Made by a program: the position numbers and the translations under genes
Shown: positions 1 to 10,490 of the stretch, one piece after another
Numbering within the stretch: position 1 is the stretch's first letter
Layout: each line of letters begins with the position of its first letter
Notes under the pieces: model-generated
Seen by the model: only the letters and a program-made list of their open reading frames with translations
Databases searched by the model: none
What the model was told of the DNA's origin: nothing
Assembly (NCBI GenBank): GCA_031360805.1
Contig: JANMCB010000451.1
Location: forward strand, 1-49,799
Source of the DNA: Rhodoferax sp.
GTDB lineage: Bacteria; Pseudomonadota; Gammaproteobacteria; Burkholderiales; Burkholderiaceae_C
Reading direction: 5' to 3'
Length of the DNA stretch: 49,799 nucleotides

Positions 1-1
1 C

Positions 2-340
2 CAGTTCAGACACTGCGGGCAACTGGTGTTTGCGCCTGGCACCAATGAAGACAAGCTGATGGATGCGGCGCTCGAATCTGGCGCAGATGACGTGATCACC
101 GGCGACGATGGCGCCATCGAAGTGCTGACGGCTTTCCCCGCATTTGAAGTGGTCAAAAATGCGCTTGAAAAAGCCGGCTTCAAGCCCGATCTGGCCGAAA
201 TTACCATGCGCCCTGAAAACATGGTGGACCTTGCCGGTGACGATGCCCTGCGCATGCAGCGGTTGCTGGATGTGCTGGAAGACCTGGACGACGTGCAGGA
301 TGTTTTTCACAATGCCAATATTGAAAGCTCAGGCTCATGA
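2..340 (+). CDS. YebC/PmpR-family transcriptional regulator, C-terminal part (5' end lies outside the window)
   Basis: The frame is open from the window edge. The translation ...[16 protein letters not shown]...[32 protein letters not shown]...[20 protein letters not shown] is typical of the YebC C-terminal domain. Confidence 0.85.
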   Translation, partial: QFRHCGQLVFAPGTNEDKLMDAALESGADDVITGDDGAIEVLTAFPAFEVVKNALEKAGFKPDLAEITMRPENMVDLAGDDALRMQRLLDVLEDLDDVQDVFHNANIESSGS

Positions 341-346
341 AAGCTG

Positions 347-1672
347 TTGAATGAAAGTATCCCTGTGAAAGTACTTGTAGTGGGCAGTGGCGGGCGGGAG
401 CACGCGCTGGCCTGGAAACTGGCGCAATCGCCCAAAGTGCAGACGGTGTTTGTCGCCCCAGGCAATGGGGGGACGGCGCTGGATGGGCGCTTGAAGAACA
501 TCAACATCACCGACATTGCCGAGTTGCGCGCCTGGGCGCTGGCGGAAAAAATTGCCGTCACCGTGGTTGGGCCTGAAGGCCCGTTGGCGGCGGGCATCGT
601 GGATGAATTTCGCCAGCATGGCCTGCGCGTTTTCGGGCCGACGCAGGCGGCCGCGCAACTGGAGAGCTCCAAGGCGTTTTCCAAGGCATTCATGCAGCGC
701 CACGGCATTCCGACCGCCGCTTTCGCAACGTTTACCGATGCCACTGCCGCGCACGCCTATGTTGATGACATGGGTGCACCGATTGTGGTCAAGGCCGATG
801 GTCTGGCGGCTGGCAAAGGCGTGGTGGTGGCAATGGCGCTGGATGAAGCCCATGCCGCCATAGATTTCATGCTGCAAAACAACGCGCCGGGTGTGACCTA
901 CAGCGCGGCGGTAGATGGCAATGCCGTGCCACGCGTCGTGATTGAAGAATTTTTGCAAGGCGAGGAAGCCAGCTTCATTGTGATGGCCGACGGCAAGAAC
1001 GTACTGGTGCTGGCAACCAGCCAGGACCACAAGCGCCTGCTGAACGATGACCTGGGTCCCAATACCGGCGGCATGGGGGCCTATTCGCCAGCGCCAGTCG
1101 TTACACCCGATGTGCATGCCCGGGCCATGCGGGAGGTGATTCTTCCAACGCTCAAGGGCATGGAAAAAGACGGCATTCCTTACACCGGCTTTCTGTATGC
1201 CGGGTTGATGATTGATGCCCAGGGCCACCCCAAAACGCTGGAGTTCAACTGCCGGATGGGTGACCCCGAAACCCAGCCGATCATGATGCGCCTGAAGACT
1301 GACCTGCTGGATGTCCTGATGGCTGCAACCGAGCCTGGCGAGCATGACCAGCTCGACAAAATCGAGCTTGAATGGGATCGCCGCACGGCACTGGGTGTGG
1401 TGATTGCAGCCGCAGGTTACCCGGCCAATCCGCGTCGTGGCGATGTCGTGAGAGGTTTGCCCAAGGAGTCACCTGATGCGGTGGTGTTTCACGCAGCAAC
1501 GGTCCATAACGGCAACGGCGTTGAAACCTCTGGCGGGCGGGTGCTGTGCGTTACTGTGCTGGCAGACAACGTCAAAATGGCGCAGCAGCGGGCCTATGAA
1601 GTCACGGCGGGAATTCGCTTTGACGGCATGCAATACCGCACCGACATTGGCCACCGCGCCGTCAAGCGCTGA
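347..1672 (+). CDS. purD: Phosphoribosylamine-glycine ligase
   Basis: 441-aa ORF with [18 protein letters not shown] at the N-terminus and an ATP-grasp body ([24 protein letters not shown]). The true start may be GTG 365. Confidence 0.95.
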   Translation: MNESIPVKVLVVGSGGREHALAWKLAQSPKVQTVFVAPGNGGTALDGRLKNINITDIAELRAWALAEKIAVTVVGPEGPLAAGIVDEFRQHGLRVFGPTQAAAQLESSKAFSKAFMQRHGIPTAAFATFTDATAAHAYVDDMGAPIVVKADGLAAGKGVVVAMALDEAHAAIDFMLQNNAPGVTYSAAVDGNAVPRVVIEEFLQGEEASFIVMADGKNVLVLATSQDHKRLLNDDLGPNTGGMGAYSPAPVVTPDVHARAMREVILPTLKGMEKDGIPYTGFLYAGLMIDAQGHPKTLEFNCRMGDPETQPIMMRLKTDLLDVLMAATEPGEHDQLDKIELEWDRRTALGVVIAAAGYPANPRRGDVVRGLPKESPDAVVFHAATVHNGNGVETSGGRVLCVTVLADNVKMAQQRAYEVTAGIRFDGMQYRTDIGHRAVKR

Positions 1673-1674
1673 CA

Positions 1675-2622
1675 GTGATGGCAAATCCTGATACCGAAGC
1701 GAAGCAGTCATCCCCAGGGGTGGACACGGTTCGCCAATATTTGCTGGGTCTGCAAAGCCGCATCACGACTGCAATTGCTGCTGTGGACGGGGGCACTTTT
1801 CTGGTGGACCGCTGGGCCAAGGCGCCTGGCGAGCCATTGCAGGGCAACGGCATCACCCAAATTCTGGAGAGTGGTGCGGTTTTTGAGCGGGCCGGCTGCG
1901 GTTTCTCCCATGTGCAAGGCCCCCGATTGCCGCCTTCAGCCACCCAGCACCGCCCCGAACTTGCCGGCGCGCCATTTGAAGCGGCGGGTGTTTCCCTGGT
2001 GTTTCACCCGCGAAGTCCGTATGTGCCCACGGTGCACATGAACGTGCGCATGCTCAGTGCAAAAACAGAAGGTGGCGTGGAAGTCTGCTGGTTCGGCGGC
2101 GGCATGGACCTGACGCCGTATTACGCGTTCGAGGAAGACGCCGTTCACTTTCATGCAACCTGCAAATCAGCGCTGGCGCCTTTTGGTGAGGACAAATACC
2201 CGCGCTTCAAAACCTGGTGTGACAGCTATTTCCACCTGAAACACCGGCAGGAGCAGCGTGGCATTGGGGGCGTATTTTTTGACGATTTTTCTGAGCTTGG
2301 GTTTGATGGCAGCCTGAAGATGATGCAGTCCGTGGGTGATGCCTTTTTAAGCGCTTACCTGCCCATCGTCGAGCGCCGCAAGGGGCTGGCCCATGGGCAG
2401 CGGGAGCGCGATTTTCAGTTGTACCGGCGCGGACGGTATGTTGAATTCAACTTGGTTTGGGACCGCGGCACCCACTTTGGCCTGCAGTCGGGCGGGCGCA
2501 CGGAGTCCATCCTGATGTCAATGCCACCCTTGGCAAGCTGGGCCTACCAGCAAAAGCCCGAACCCGGCACGCCCGAGGATGACCTTTACACCCGCTTCCT
2601 GGTGCCAAGGGACTGGGTTTGA
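1675..2622 (+). CDS. hemF: Oxygen-dependent coproporphyrinogen III oxidase
   Basis: 315 aa with HemF-type motifs: [52 protein letters not shown]. Confidence 0.93.
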   Translation: MMANPDTEAKQSSPGVDTVRQYLLGLQSRITTAIAAVDGGTFLVDRWAKAPGEPLQGNGITQILESGAVFERAGCGFSHVQGPRLPPSATQHRPELAGAPFEAAGVSLVFHPRSPYVPTVHMNVRMLSAKTEGGVEVCWFGGGMDLTPYYAFEEDAVHFHATCKSALAPFGEDKYPRFKTWCDSYFHLKHRQEQRGIGGVFFDDFSELGFDGSLKMMQSVGDAFLSAYLPIVERRKGLAHGQRERDFQLYRRGRYVEFNLVWDRGTHFGLQSGGRTESILMSMPPLASWAYQQKPEPGTPEDDLYTRFLVPRDWV

Positions 2623-3227
2623 TGACTGCGCGACCGCGCGTCGGCATTTTTGGCGGTGCGTTTGACCCGCCGCATCTCGCCCACGTCGCATTGGTGCGCC
2701 AGGCGATTGACCAATTGGCGCTGGATGAGCTTCGGGTGGTCCCCACCGGCGAAGCCTGGCATAAGGCCCGGCCTTTGAGCGCAGCACACCATCGGCTTGC
2801 CATGGCGAGTCTGGCCTTTGCAGGTTTGCCAAAGGTGGTGGTGGACGACCGGGAAACCCGCCGCGCCGGACCCAGCTACACGATTGAAACATTGCGGGAA
2901 ATCAGGGCCAAAAACCCCCTTGCCGATCTGTTTCTGGTGATTGGCGCCGATCAGGCCAGAAAGCTCACCACCTGGCATCTTTGGCAGGAGCTGGTGCAAA
3001 CTGCTACAATATGTGTAGCTGAGCGCGACAGCGCCCTGGAGAGCGGTGCTGCATTCATCCCGCCAGAGTCGCTGAAATCGCGGTTTGTGGCGTTAAAGCT
3101 CCCTCTGAACCCCGCCAGCGCCACCACGATTCGAGCCCAAGTTGCCACGCGGCAAGTCGTTTCCACGCTGGTCGGCGAGCCCGTTGCGCGTTATATTGCT
3201 CAACATCACCTTTACTGCAATCATTGA
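2619..3227 (+). CDS. nadD: Nicotinate-nucleotide adenylyltransferase
   Basis: 202 aa with [15 protein letters not shown] (the (H/T)xGH nucleotidyltransferase motif). ATGA overlap with hemF. It sits in the conserved nadD-rsfS-rlmH context. Confidence 0.9.
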   Translation: MMTARPRVGIFGGAFDPPHLAHVALVRQAIDQLALDELRVVPTGEAWHKARPLSAAHHRLAMASLAFAGLPKVVVDDRETRRAGPSYTIETLREIRAKNPLADLFLVIGADQARKLTTWHLWQELVQTATICVAERDSALESGAAFIPPESLKSRFVALKLPLNPASATTIRAQVATRQVVSTLVGEPVARYIAQHHLYCNH

Positions 3228-3997
3228 TGACTACCCAAACCGTTGCCAAAAAAGACATTCAAAAACTCCAGCGTGCCATTGTGGACGGGTTGGAAGACGT
3301 CAAGGCCCAGGACATTCAGGTCTTTGACACCGAGCATTTGTCGGCGTTGTTTGAGCGGGTCATCGTTGCCTCCGGCACGTCCAACCGCCAAACCAAGGCG
3401 CTGGCAGCCAGCGTGCGCGACGCCGTGCGTGATGCCGGTTTCTCCAAGCCACGCGTCGAGGGAGAGGCCAACGGCGAGTGGATCATTGTGGATTGCGGCC
3501 AGGCCGTCGTTCACATCATGCAGCCGAGTTTTCGGCAGTACTACCATCTGGAAGAACTGTGGGGCGAAAAGCCGGTGCGCTTGAAGTTTGGCGCTGCCAA
3601 GCCGGAAGCCAAAGAACCGGCGGATTCGGCCAATTCAGCGAAACCCCTGAAAGCGGCAAGTGGCTCGTCCAGGCCGATGGGGGACCTGAAGCGGTCCAAC
3701 GCCGCCAAGAAAGGCGTGGCAGCAGCCTTTCCGTCCAAAGCCCAGGTGAGAAAGTCACTGGCTGCGAAGACGGCTGCCGCCAAGGCACCTGCCAAAGGGG
3801 CCAAGAAGGTGCCGATTGCGAAGGTCACGGTCAACGCGCCTGTTAAAGCGGCCGCCAAAAAGTCCGTGACAAAGCCGCCTGTAAAAACAGCAGCACGAGC
3901 ACCAGCCAGGGCGCCTGTGAAAGCGGCCGTGAAAGCGACCGTGAAGGCGCCAGCCAAAAACGCACCTGCCAGGAAGACAGCCGCGTCCAAAAACTGA
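3224..3997 (+). CDS. rsfS: Ribosome silencing factor RsfS with a long basic Ala/Lys/Pro-rich C-terminal extension
   Basis: Residues 1-~118 form an RsfS/Iojap domain ([36 protein letters not shown]...[28 protein letters not shown]). Residues ~119-257 are low-complexity AKP repeats. Position between nadD and rlmH supports the call. Confidence 0.85.
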   Translation: MMTTQTVAKKDIQKLQRAIVDGLEDVKAQDIQVFDTEHLSALFERVIVASGTSNRQTKALAASVRDAVRDAGFSKPRVEGEANGEWIIVDCGQAVVHIMQPSFRQYYHLEELWGEKPVRLKFGAAKPEAKEPADSANSAKPLKAASGSSRPMGDLKRSNAAKKGVAAAFPSKAQVRKSLAAKTAAAKAPAKGAKKVPIAKVTVNAPVKAAAKKSVTKPPVKTAARAPARAPVKAAVKATVKAPAKNAPARKTAASKN

Positions 3998-4007
3998 GGT
4001 TGCAGCC

Positions 4008-4475
4008 GTGAAGCTGTTGATTGTGGCCGTCGGCTTGCGGGTGCCCGACTGGGCGCAAACTGCGTGGGACGATTACGCTAAGCGCTTCCCGCCGGAGCTT
4101 AAAGTCGAGCTCAAAGCCGTGAAAACCGAGCCACGGGCATCCAAAACACTCGAGACGCTGTTTGCCGCAGAGCGGGCGCGCATTGAAAGCGCCATTCCCA
4201 AAGGCTGCCGGATTGTGGCGCTGGACGAACGCGGCGCGTCGCTGGGCACTTTGGCCTTGGCCCAGAAGCTCAAAACCTGGCAACTGCAGAGTGACGATGT
4301 GGCACTGGTCATTGGCGGCCCGGATGGGCTGGACCCGGCCTTCAAAGCCGCGGCCCATGAGCGCATCCGGCTGTCTGACCTGACCCTTCCCCATGCCTTC
4401 GCCCGAGTGCTGCTGATTGAGCAGTTGTACCGCGCCTGGTCGATCAATGCCAACCACCCTTACCACCGGGAATGA
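4008..4475 (+). CDS. rlmH: 23S rRNA (pseudouridine1915-N3)-methyltransferase
   Basis: 155 aa, SPOUT family (LVIGGPDGL...[32 protein letters not shown]). GTG start. Confidence 0.92.
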   Translation: MKLLIVAVGLRVPDWAQTAWDDYAKRFPPELKVELKAVKTEPRASKTLETLFAAERARIESAIPKGCRIVALDERGASLGTLALAQKLKTWQLQSDDVALVIGGPDGLDPAFKAAAHERIRLSDLTLPHAFARVLLIEQLYRAWSINANHPYHRE

Positions 4476-5077
4476 TGCCAAGTTTTGTCTACCTCGCGTC
4501 CATGAGCCCGCGCAGGCGCCAGTTGCTGGAGCAGCTAGGGGTGCGCTATGAACTGTTGTTGCCCGGCCCTGACGAAGACGCCGAATCCATTGAAGCGGTG
4601 TTGCCCAACGAGGCACCGGCCCGTTACGTCCAGCGCGTTACGGCTCTGAAGCTCGACGCGGCTTTGCTGCGCCGCACACGCCGGGGTTTGGCAGCGGCCC
4701 CCATTCTCTGTTCGGACACCACGGTGGCTTTGGGGCGCAGAATATTTGGCAAACCCATCAACGATACCGATGCAGGGCGCATGCTGGGCGAGCTTGCGGG
4801 CAGGACGCACCGGGTGCTGACGGCGGTGGCCGTTGGCACAGTGCGCAAGCGCGTGCAGGACGTCAGCGAGTCGCGCGTGACGTTTGGGCCCATGAGCCCA
4901 GCGCAGATTCGGGCCTATGTCGCCTCCAAGGAGCCCGAGGGCAAGGCGGGTGCCTATGCGGTGCAGGGCAGGGCGGCGGCATTTATCGCCCATATCAGCG
5001 GCAGCTACTCTGGCATCATGGGGTTGCCCATGTTCGAGACGGCGCAACTGCTGCGGAGCATGGGCTTCCGGGTATAA
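4472..5077 (+). CDS. maf: Maf-like nucleoside triphosphate pyrophosphatase
   Basis: 201 aa: [17 protein letters not shown]...CSDTTV...[28 protein letters not shown] overlap with rlmH. Confidence 0.9.
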   Translation: MMPSFVYLASMSPRRRQLLEQLGVRYELLLPGPDEDAESIEAVLPNEAPARYVQRVTALKLDAALLRRTRRGLAAAPILCSDTTVALGRRIFGKPINDTDAGRMLGELAGRTHRVLTAVAVGTVRKRVQDVSESRVTFGPMSPAQIRAYVASKEPEGKAGAYAVQGRAAAFIAHISGSYSGIMGLPMFETAQLLRSMGFRV

Positions 5078-5093
5078 CTCGAATCAAAATCCA

Positions 5094-6578
5094 ATGAGTG
5101 CCATGCAAGAAGATATTTTGATCAACTGGTCGCCCCAGGAAACCCGCGTTGCCATTGTCGAGAACGGTGCCGTTCAGGAACTGCACGTTGAGCGCACGCT
5201 GGAGCGTGGCCTGGTGGGAAATGTCTACCTTGGCAAAGTGGCCCGTGTGTTGCCGGGCATGCAATCTGCCTTCATTGATATCGGGCTGGAGCGTGCCGCC
5301 TTTCTGCATGTCGCTGACGTATGGCACCGCCCGCCGGATGGCGAAGCGCCCGCTGGCCCGCGCAATGCGCAGGTGTTGGTGCCGATTGAAAAACAGGTGT
5401 TCGAGGGCCAGGCGCTGACGGTGCAGGTGATCAAAGACCCGATTGGCACCAAAGGCGCACGGCTGTCAACGCAAATCAGCATCGCAGGCCGGCTGCTGGT
5501 GTTTTTGCCGCAGGACGACCATGTCGGCGTGTCGCAGAAAATTCCGTCCGGGCAGCGCGATGAACTGCGCGCGCGGCTGCAGGAACTGACGCAGGCTGAA
5601 GGTGGCGGTTTCATTTTGCGCACCAATGGTGAAGACGCCACGGACGACGCGTTGTCGGAAGACATTCGCTATCTGCGCCGCGCCTGGGCGCGCATCAAGG
5701 ATGCCGCGCTGCGCCAGCCACCCGCGACGATGCTGCACCAGGACTTGAACCTGCTGCAGCGGGTGCTGCGCGACATGGTGGGCGAGGCGACGCAAACCAT
5801 CCGTGTAGATTCGCGTGAGCAGTTTGAGCTGCTCATGAAATTTGGCGAGGAATTCATGCCCGCTGCCGCGCAGAAACTGCAGCATTACAAAGGTGAGCGA
5901 CCGATTTTTGACCTGTACGCGATTGACGAGGAAATCGCCAAAGCGCTGGGGCGCCGGGTTGATTTGAAGTCAGGCGGCTATTTGATCGTGGACCAGACCG
6001 AGGCGCTGACCACCGTTGACGTGAATACCGGCGGTTTTGTGGGCGCACGCAATTTCGACGACACCATTTTCAAGACCAACCTGGAAGCGGCACAGGCGAT
6101 TGCGCGTCAGTTGCGGCTGCGCAATCTGGGCGGCATCATCATTGCCGACTTCATTGACATGGTGCGCGAAGACCACCGCGACGCCGTGCTGGCAGAGTTC
6201 AAAAAGCAGCTCCAACGGGACCGCGTCAAGACCATGGCCGGTGGGTTTTCACAACTGGGGCTGGTCGAAATGACCCGCAAGCGCACGCGCGAGTCGCTGG
6301 CGCACATGCTGTGCGAGCCCTGCGCCGCCTGCGAAGGGCGCGGCAGCGTGAAAACCCCGCGCAGCGTCACTTATGACATCTTTCGCGAAATCCTGCGTGA
6401 GGCCCGTCAGTTCAACCCACGCGAGTTTCGTGTGGTGGCCTCGCCCAAGGTCATTGAGCTGTTTCTGGACGAAGAAAGCCAGCATCTCGCTTCTTTAAGC
6501 GACTTCATTGGCAAACCGGTGTCCCTGCAAAGTGAGGCTGCCATGGGGCAGGCGCAGTACGACATCGTTTTGTTATAG
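5094..6578 (+). CDS. rng: Ribonuclease G
   Basis: RNase E/G catalytic domain: S1 domain GNVYLGKVARVLPGMQSAFIDIG, then TEALTTVDVNTG and IIIADFIDM. The 4917 start in the track overlaps maf. ATG 5094 (MSAMQEDILIN) gives the usual ~490 aa. Confidence 0.92.
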   Translation: MSAMQEDILINWSPQETRVAIVENGAVQELHVERTLERGLVGNVYLGKVARVLPGMQSAFIDIGLERAAFLHVADVWHRPPDGEAPAGPRNAQVLVPIEKQVFEGQALTVQVIKDPIGTKGARLSTQISIAGRLLVFLPQDDHVGVSQKIPSGQRDELRARLQELTQAEGGGFILRTNGEDATDDALSEDIRYLRRAWARIKDAALRQPPATMLHQDLNLLQRVLRDMVGEATQTIRVDSREQFELLMKFGEEFMPAAAQKLQHYKGERPIFDLYAIDEEIAKALGRRVDLKSGGYLIVDQTEALTTVDVNTGGFVGARNFDDTIFKTNLEAAQAIARQLRLRNLGGIIIADFIDMVREDHRDAVLAEFKKQLQRDRVKTMAGGFSQLGLVEMTRKRTRESLAHMLCEPCAACEGRGSVKTPRSVTYDIFREILREARQFNPREFRVVASPKVIELFLDEESQHLASLSDFIGKPVSLQSEAAMGQAQYDIVLL

Positions 6579-6580
6579 CG

Positions 6581-7336
6581 ATGCCCGCCACGACACAGCG
6601 CACGTCCAACCCTTCGCCGATTGCCATTCTGACTTACCACCAGATCAGCGCAATCCCGCCCCGGGGCGCGCCGTTTCGGGGCATTTACGTCACGCCAGCC
6701 GCTTTCGCCCGGCAAATGGGGTTGTTGAAATGGATGGGTTACCAGGCTCTGTCCATGTCAGCGCTCATGCCCTACCTGCGCGGCGAACGCACCGGCAAAG
6801 TCGTCGGAATCACGTTTGACGATGGTTACCTGAACAACCTGCGCCACGCTTTGCCAGTGCTTTCGCGCCATGGGTTTTCATCCACCTGTTTTGCAGTGAG
6901 TCAGTTGCTTGGAAAAACCAATGCGTGGGACGCAACTATCGGCATTGCGCAGACGCCTTTGATGAGCGCCCACCAGCTTCGCCAGTGGATCGCGGGCGGC
7001 CAGGAAATTGGCGCGCACACTCGCCACCACGTTCGCCTGCTGCAGCAAGACAGTGCAAGCTGCCGTGACGAGATCCTGCTTTGCAAAAGCGAGCTTGAAG
7101 CGGTGACGGGCGCCCCGGTAAACCACTTTTGCTACCCCTATGGCGAATTCAGCGACCTGCACGTGGATTTGGCGCGCGATGCCGGGTTCAGCAGCGTCAC
7201 CACGACCCAGCGAAGCCGCTGCCACCGTGGTGAAGACATGATGCGTTTGCCCCGCGTTCCGGTTGTGAACACAACGACGCTGGCGATGCTGTGGCTCAAG
7301 CTTGCGACCGCCTACGAAGATCGGAGGCGGGTGTGA
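6581..7336 (+). CDS. Polysaccharide deacetylase (NodB-homology) family protein
   Basis: 251 aa: ILTYHQI, ITFDDGYLNNL..ALPVLSRHGF..TCF, IGAHTRHH, FCYPYGEF. Confidence 0.8.
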   Translation: MPATTQRTSNPSPIAILTYHQISAIPPRGAPFRGIYVTPAAFARQMGLLKWMGYQALSMSALMPYLRGERTGKVVGITFDDGYLNNLRHALPVLSRHGFSSTCFAVSQLLGKTNAWDATIGIAQTPLMSAHQLRQWIAGGQEIGAHTRHHVRLLQQDSASCRDEILLCKSELEAVTGAPVNHFCYPYGEFSDLHVDLARDAGFSSVTTTQRSRCHRGEDMMRLPRVPVVNTTTLAMLWLKLATAYEDRRRV

Positions 7337-8538
7337 CGGCAACGCCCGATGTGACGCTGCAACCGCCCCAAAAACGGCTGAAAATTGCGGTGCTCAACCG
7401 TATTTTTTCACCCACGGGTGGCGGTGCCGAGCGCTATTCAATTGCGCTGGTGGAGCAGCTTGCCGCGCGCCATGAGATTCATGTTTTCGCCCAGCAGATT
7501 GACCACCACTGGCCAGGGGTCACCTACCACCCGGTTTCGCAGCTTTTGAAGCGACCCAGGTGGATCAACCAGCTTTGGTATGCCACGGCCACCTGGTGGG
7601 CCACGCGCCGCGGGTTTGACGTGATTCACTCCCACGAAAATACCTGGCATGGGCAAGTGCAGACGGTCCACGTGCTGCCAATCAAGCACAACCTGTTTGT
7701 TGGGTTGACTGGTTTGCGCAGGGTTTGGCGGTGGCTCAAGGTCTTGCCCAGTCCGCGTTTGTTGACCTACCTGTGGCTCGAGCGCATGCGCTATGCGAGG
7801 CGGCCCGGGCGGATTCTGGTCGTCACCTCGCCCAGTACGCACCGCGTGCTTGAGAAAACCCGCACCGAATCGGCATCGATGATCCGCATGGTGACGCCGG
7901 GCGTTGCTGCCGTGCCAGGCAAAACCACCGCTGCGGATCGCCAAAGCGCAAGGCAACTGCTCGGCCTGCCGCAAGGCCCGCAGTGCATTCTGTTTGTCGG
8001 CAACGATTACCGAAAAAAGGGGCTGACGGCGCTGCTGGAGGCTCTGGCACGGCTGCCAGGCGATGTGATTCTGGCGGTGGTCGGGAACCGTGACCATGAG
8101 GCCGGCTTCAGGCCGCAAATCAGCGCGCTCGGGCTGGGCCAGAAAGTCTTTTTTCTCGGGGCGCTGGGCGACATCAACCCTGCCTATCAGGCCGCAGATT
8201 GTCTGGCGCACCCGACGCTGGAAGACACCTTCGCCATGGTCGTTCTGGAGGCCATGGCGCACGCGCTGCCAGTCGTGGTGAGTGCCGAGCCCTACTGCGG
8301 CATCGCGGGTCTGCTGGACGACGGCGTGAATGCGCTGCTGCTGGACGCTCCACGCGATGTCGCAGTGTTGGCCGGTCAGCTGGCACGCCTGCTGCAGGAT
8401 GCACCGTTGCGGGAGCGCCTTGGGCAGGCGGCGGTCGACTTTGCCCGATTGCACCAATGGGAAAGGATTGCGCTGGAACAGGAGGCGCTTTACCAGACCA
8501 CGATTTACCAGGCGACGATTCACCAGGCGACGCAGTAG
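7333..8538 (+). CDS. Glycosyltransferase family 4 (GT-B, GT1 superfamily), LPS-core type
   Basis: Contains GGAERY, an FVGNDYRKKGL linker and the E-x7-E region (PTLEDTFAMVVLEAMAHALPVV). GTG 7333 overlaps the upstream stop (GTGA). The C-terminus carries three 15-bp coding repeats. Confidence 0.8.
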   Translation: MTATPDVTLQPPQKRLKIAVLNRIFSPTGGGAERYSIALVEQLAARHEIHVFAQQIDHHWPGVTYHPVSQLLKRPRWINQLWYATATWWATRRGFDVIHSHENTWHGQVQTVHVLPIKHNLFVGLTGLRRVWRWLKVLPSPRLLTYLWLERMRYARRPGRILVVTSPSTHRVLEKTRTESASMIRMVTPGVAAVPGKTTAADRQSARQLLGLPQGPQCILFVGNDYRKKGLTALLEALARLPGDVILAVVGNRDHEAGFRPQISALGLGQKVFFLGALGDINPAYQAADCLAHPTLEDTFAMVVLEAMAHALPVVVSAEPYCGIAGLLDDGVNALLLDAPRDVAVLAGQLARLLQDAPLRERLGQAAVDFARLHQWERIALEQEALYQTTIYQATIHQATQ

Positions 8539-8647
8539 TGTTTGTTTGACTTTTGGTGACGACGCGTATTTTGACGAAAAATTAACCTGTGAGTTAATTT
8601 TTACCTGAAATCTGGCATAAAAATGCCAAAATATCGATGATTTAGGC

Positions 8648-8693
8648 CTATAGCCCTCGTATTATATAGATAGTTTGCTATTTATATGGTATC
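8648..8693 (-). repeat. Copy A of the AT-rich intergenic repeat family (core ..AAATAGCAAA-N8/9-ATAATACGAGGGCTA..)
   Basis: Direct comparison with 19331-19381 and 33061-33110. The reverse complement of this copy reads gataccatataaatagcaaactatctatataatacgagggctatag. Confidence 0.8.
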
Positions 8694-8741
8694 AACTTAA
8701 ATTGTGGCAAGTTACATTCGAAGCCCAAGATGCCACAGCGC

Positions 8742-10490
8742 CTAGCCAATTTCGCCCGCCTGCATCCCCATCTGGTACAGCCGCGCGTACTGGCCTTCCC
8801 GTTTCACCAGTTCATCGTGGCGCCCGACCTCGACAATGCGTCCGGCTTCCATCACCACGATGCGGTCCGCGTGGCGCACGGTGGACAGGCGGTGCGCGAT
8901 CACCAGCGTGGTGCGGTTCTGCATCAGCAGCTTCAAGGCGTCCTGCACGGCCCGCTCTGACTCGGTGTCCAGTGCGGATGTCGCTTCATCCAGAATCAGG
9001 ATTGGCGCGTCCTTGTACAGCGCGCGCGCAATGGCCAGACGCTGGCGCTGCCCGCCTGAAAGCTGCATGGCGTTATGGCCCAGCACCGTATCGATGCCCT
9101 GTGGCAGTTCGCTCACCATTGCCGACAGGTTGGCGGCGGCCAGGCACTCTGCCACCCGGGCGCGATCCAGCGAGGTGCCCAGCGACACGTTGGCGGCGAT
9201 CGAATCATTGAGCATCACCACATGCTGGCTGACGACTGCGAACTGGGCACGCAAGGCACGCAGGGACCAGGCCCGCACATCGGTGCCGTCCAGCAGCACC
9301 TGACCGGCGCTGGCGTCCACAAAGCGGGGCAGCAGGTTGGCCAACGTTGTCTTGCCAGCGCCTGAGCTGCCGACCAGCGCAATCGCCTCGCCTGGCTGGA
9401 TCGACAGGCTCAAGTCGGACAATGCGGGCGCCAGATCGGGGGAAAACCGCACACTGACATTCACGAAACGGATGTCGCCCGACGCGCGTGGCAGTGCGAA
9501 GGCGCCTTGCGTTTCGGTGGGCGTGGCGTCGATCAGGGCAAGCCCGCGCTCTACCGCAGCCAGCCCGCGCGTGATCGGGCTGGAGACCTCCGACAATTGG
9601 CGAATTGGCGCCACAATCATCAGCATGCCGGTCACAAAAGCCACAAAACCGCCGACCGACGTGTCACTGCTGGCGCTTTGAACCAGCGCCACTGAAATCA
9701 CGGCCGACAGCGCCACGGCCGCCAGCATCTGGGTCATGGGGGTCATGGCGGCGCCTGCCACGGTGGACTTCATGGCCAGCCGGCGCAAGGCGTCGCTGAG
9801 CACGTCGAACCGCTCGGCTTGCGCGGTTTCTGCGCCGTGCAGCCTGATGTCGCGGTGGGCCAGCACGTTTTCCTCAACCACATAGGCCAGGCTGTCCGTG
9901 GCGTCCTGGTTGGCTTTGGTCAGGCGGTGCAGGCGCTTGGTCAGGATGCGCATCACCAACGCCACCGCAGGGAACACCGCCGCCACGATCAGCGTCAGCT
10001 TCCAGTTCAGGTAGAAGAGATAGGTTGTCAAAGCCAGCAAGGTCAGCGTGTTGCGCGTGAGGCTCAAAAACGAGTTCACCAGCATCACGGAACCAGTCTG
10101 CACCTCGTAGACCACCGTGTTGGACAGTGCGCTTGACGTCTGGTCGGTGAACAGCGAGAGGTTCGACACCAGGATTTTGTCGAACATGGCCCGTCGCATG
10201 GCTTTCAAGCCATGGTTGGTGATTTTGGTCAAGCCGATCTGCGATACATACCCTGCCAGCCCGCGCACGCCAAACAGCAGCAGCAGTGCCACCGGCACGG
10301 TCCAGATTTCGAGCTGGCCGGCTTGAAAGCCATGGTCCAGCAAGGGTTGAAGCAATGCTGGAATCATCGGCTCGGTCGCGGCACCGACCACAGCGCCAGC
10401 GGCCACCAGCGCCCAGGTGCCGCGCTCTGCGCCAAAAAACGGCAGCAGGCGCTTCAAGCGAGCCCGCAATCCTGTCGGCGCGGCGGTCAC
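8742..10490 (-). CDS. msbA: Lipid A export ABC transporter, fused permease/ATPase
   Basis: 582 aa. Six-TM ABC exporter domain plus NBD with Walker A GSSGAGKTT, signature LSGGQRQR and Walker B ILILDEATSALD. LPS gene context. Confidence 0.9.
   Translation of the reverse strand: MTAAPTGLRARLKRLLPFFGAERGTWALVAAGAVVGAATEPMIPALLQPLLDHGFQAGQLEIWTVPVALLLLFGVRGLAGYVSQIGLTKITNHGLKAMRRAMFDKILVSNLSLFTDQTSSALSNTVVYEVQTGSVMLVNSFLSLTRNTLTLLALTTYLFYLNWKLTLIVAAVFPAVALVMRILTKRLHRLTKANQDATDSLAYVVEENVLAHRDIRLHGAETAQAERFDVLSDALRRLAMKSTVAGAAMTPMTQMLAAVALSAVISVALVQSASSDTSVGGFVAFVTGMLMIVAPIRQLSEVSSPITRGLAAVERGLALIDATPTETQGAFALPRASGDIRFVNVSVRFSPDLAPALSDLSLSIQPGEAIALVGSSGAGKTTLANLLPRFVDASAGQVLLDGTDVRAWSLRALRAQFAVVSQHVVMLNDSIAANVSLGTSLDRARVAECLAAANLSAMVSELPQGIDTVLGHNAMQLSGGQRQRLAIARALYKDAPILILDEATSALDTESERAVQDALKLLMQNRTTLVIAHRLSTVRHADRIVVMEAGRIVEVGRHDELVKREGQYARLYQMGMQAGEIG

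Noticed and set aside
335-1345. Long ORFs antisense to or overlapping well-supported genes. Examples: 335-1345(-), 7438-8523(-), 11719-12675(+), 19491-20333(+), 20183-21100(+), 23692-24624(+), 39662-40492(-), 42048-42860(-), 43943-45172(+), 45205-45960(-), 46693-47415(-), 48970-49743(-).
   Set aside because: These are typical GC-rich shadow ORFs. Their translations are Arg/Ala/Gly/Pro-rich with no recognisable motifs, and each lies opposite a gene with unmistakable family signatures.
4917-5093. N-terminal extensions suggested by the ORF track. Examples: rng from 4917, tcdA from 17278, the hypothetical gene from 18529, hbd from 25095, the FimV-like gene from 25078, the 2-hydroxyacid dehydrogenase from 28743, lpxK from 34384, ycaR from 33050.
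   Set aside because: The extensions overlap upstream genes or terminators and are Arg/Pro-rich. Internal starts give lengths and N-termini that match the respective families.
8491-8535. Three 15-bp coding repeats (YQTTI/YQATI/HQATQ) at the C-terminus of the GT4 gene
   Set aside because: This is a real tandem repeat, but it is short and terminal, and it is most simply a replication-slippage tail with no evident function.
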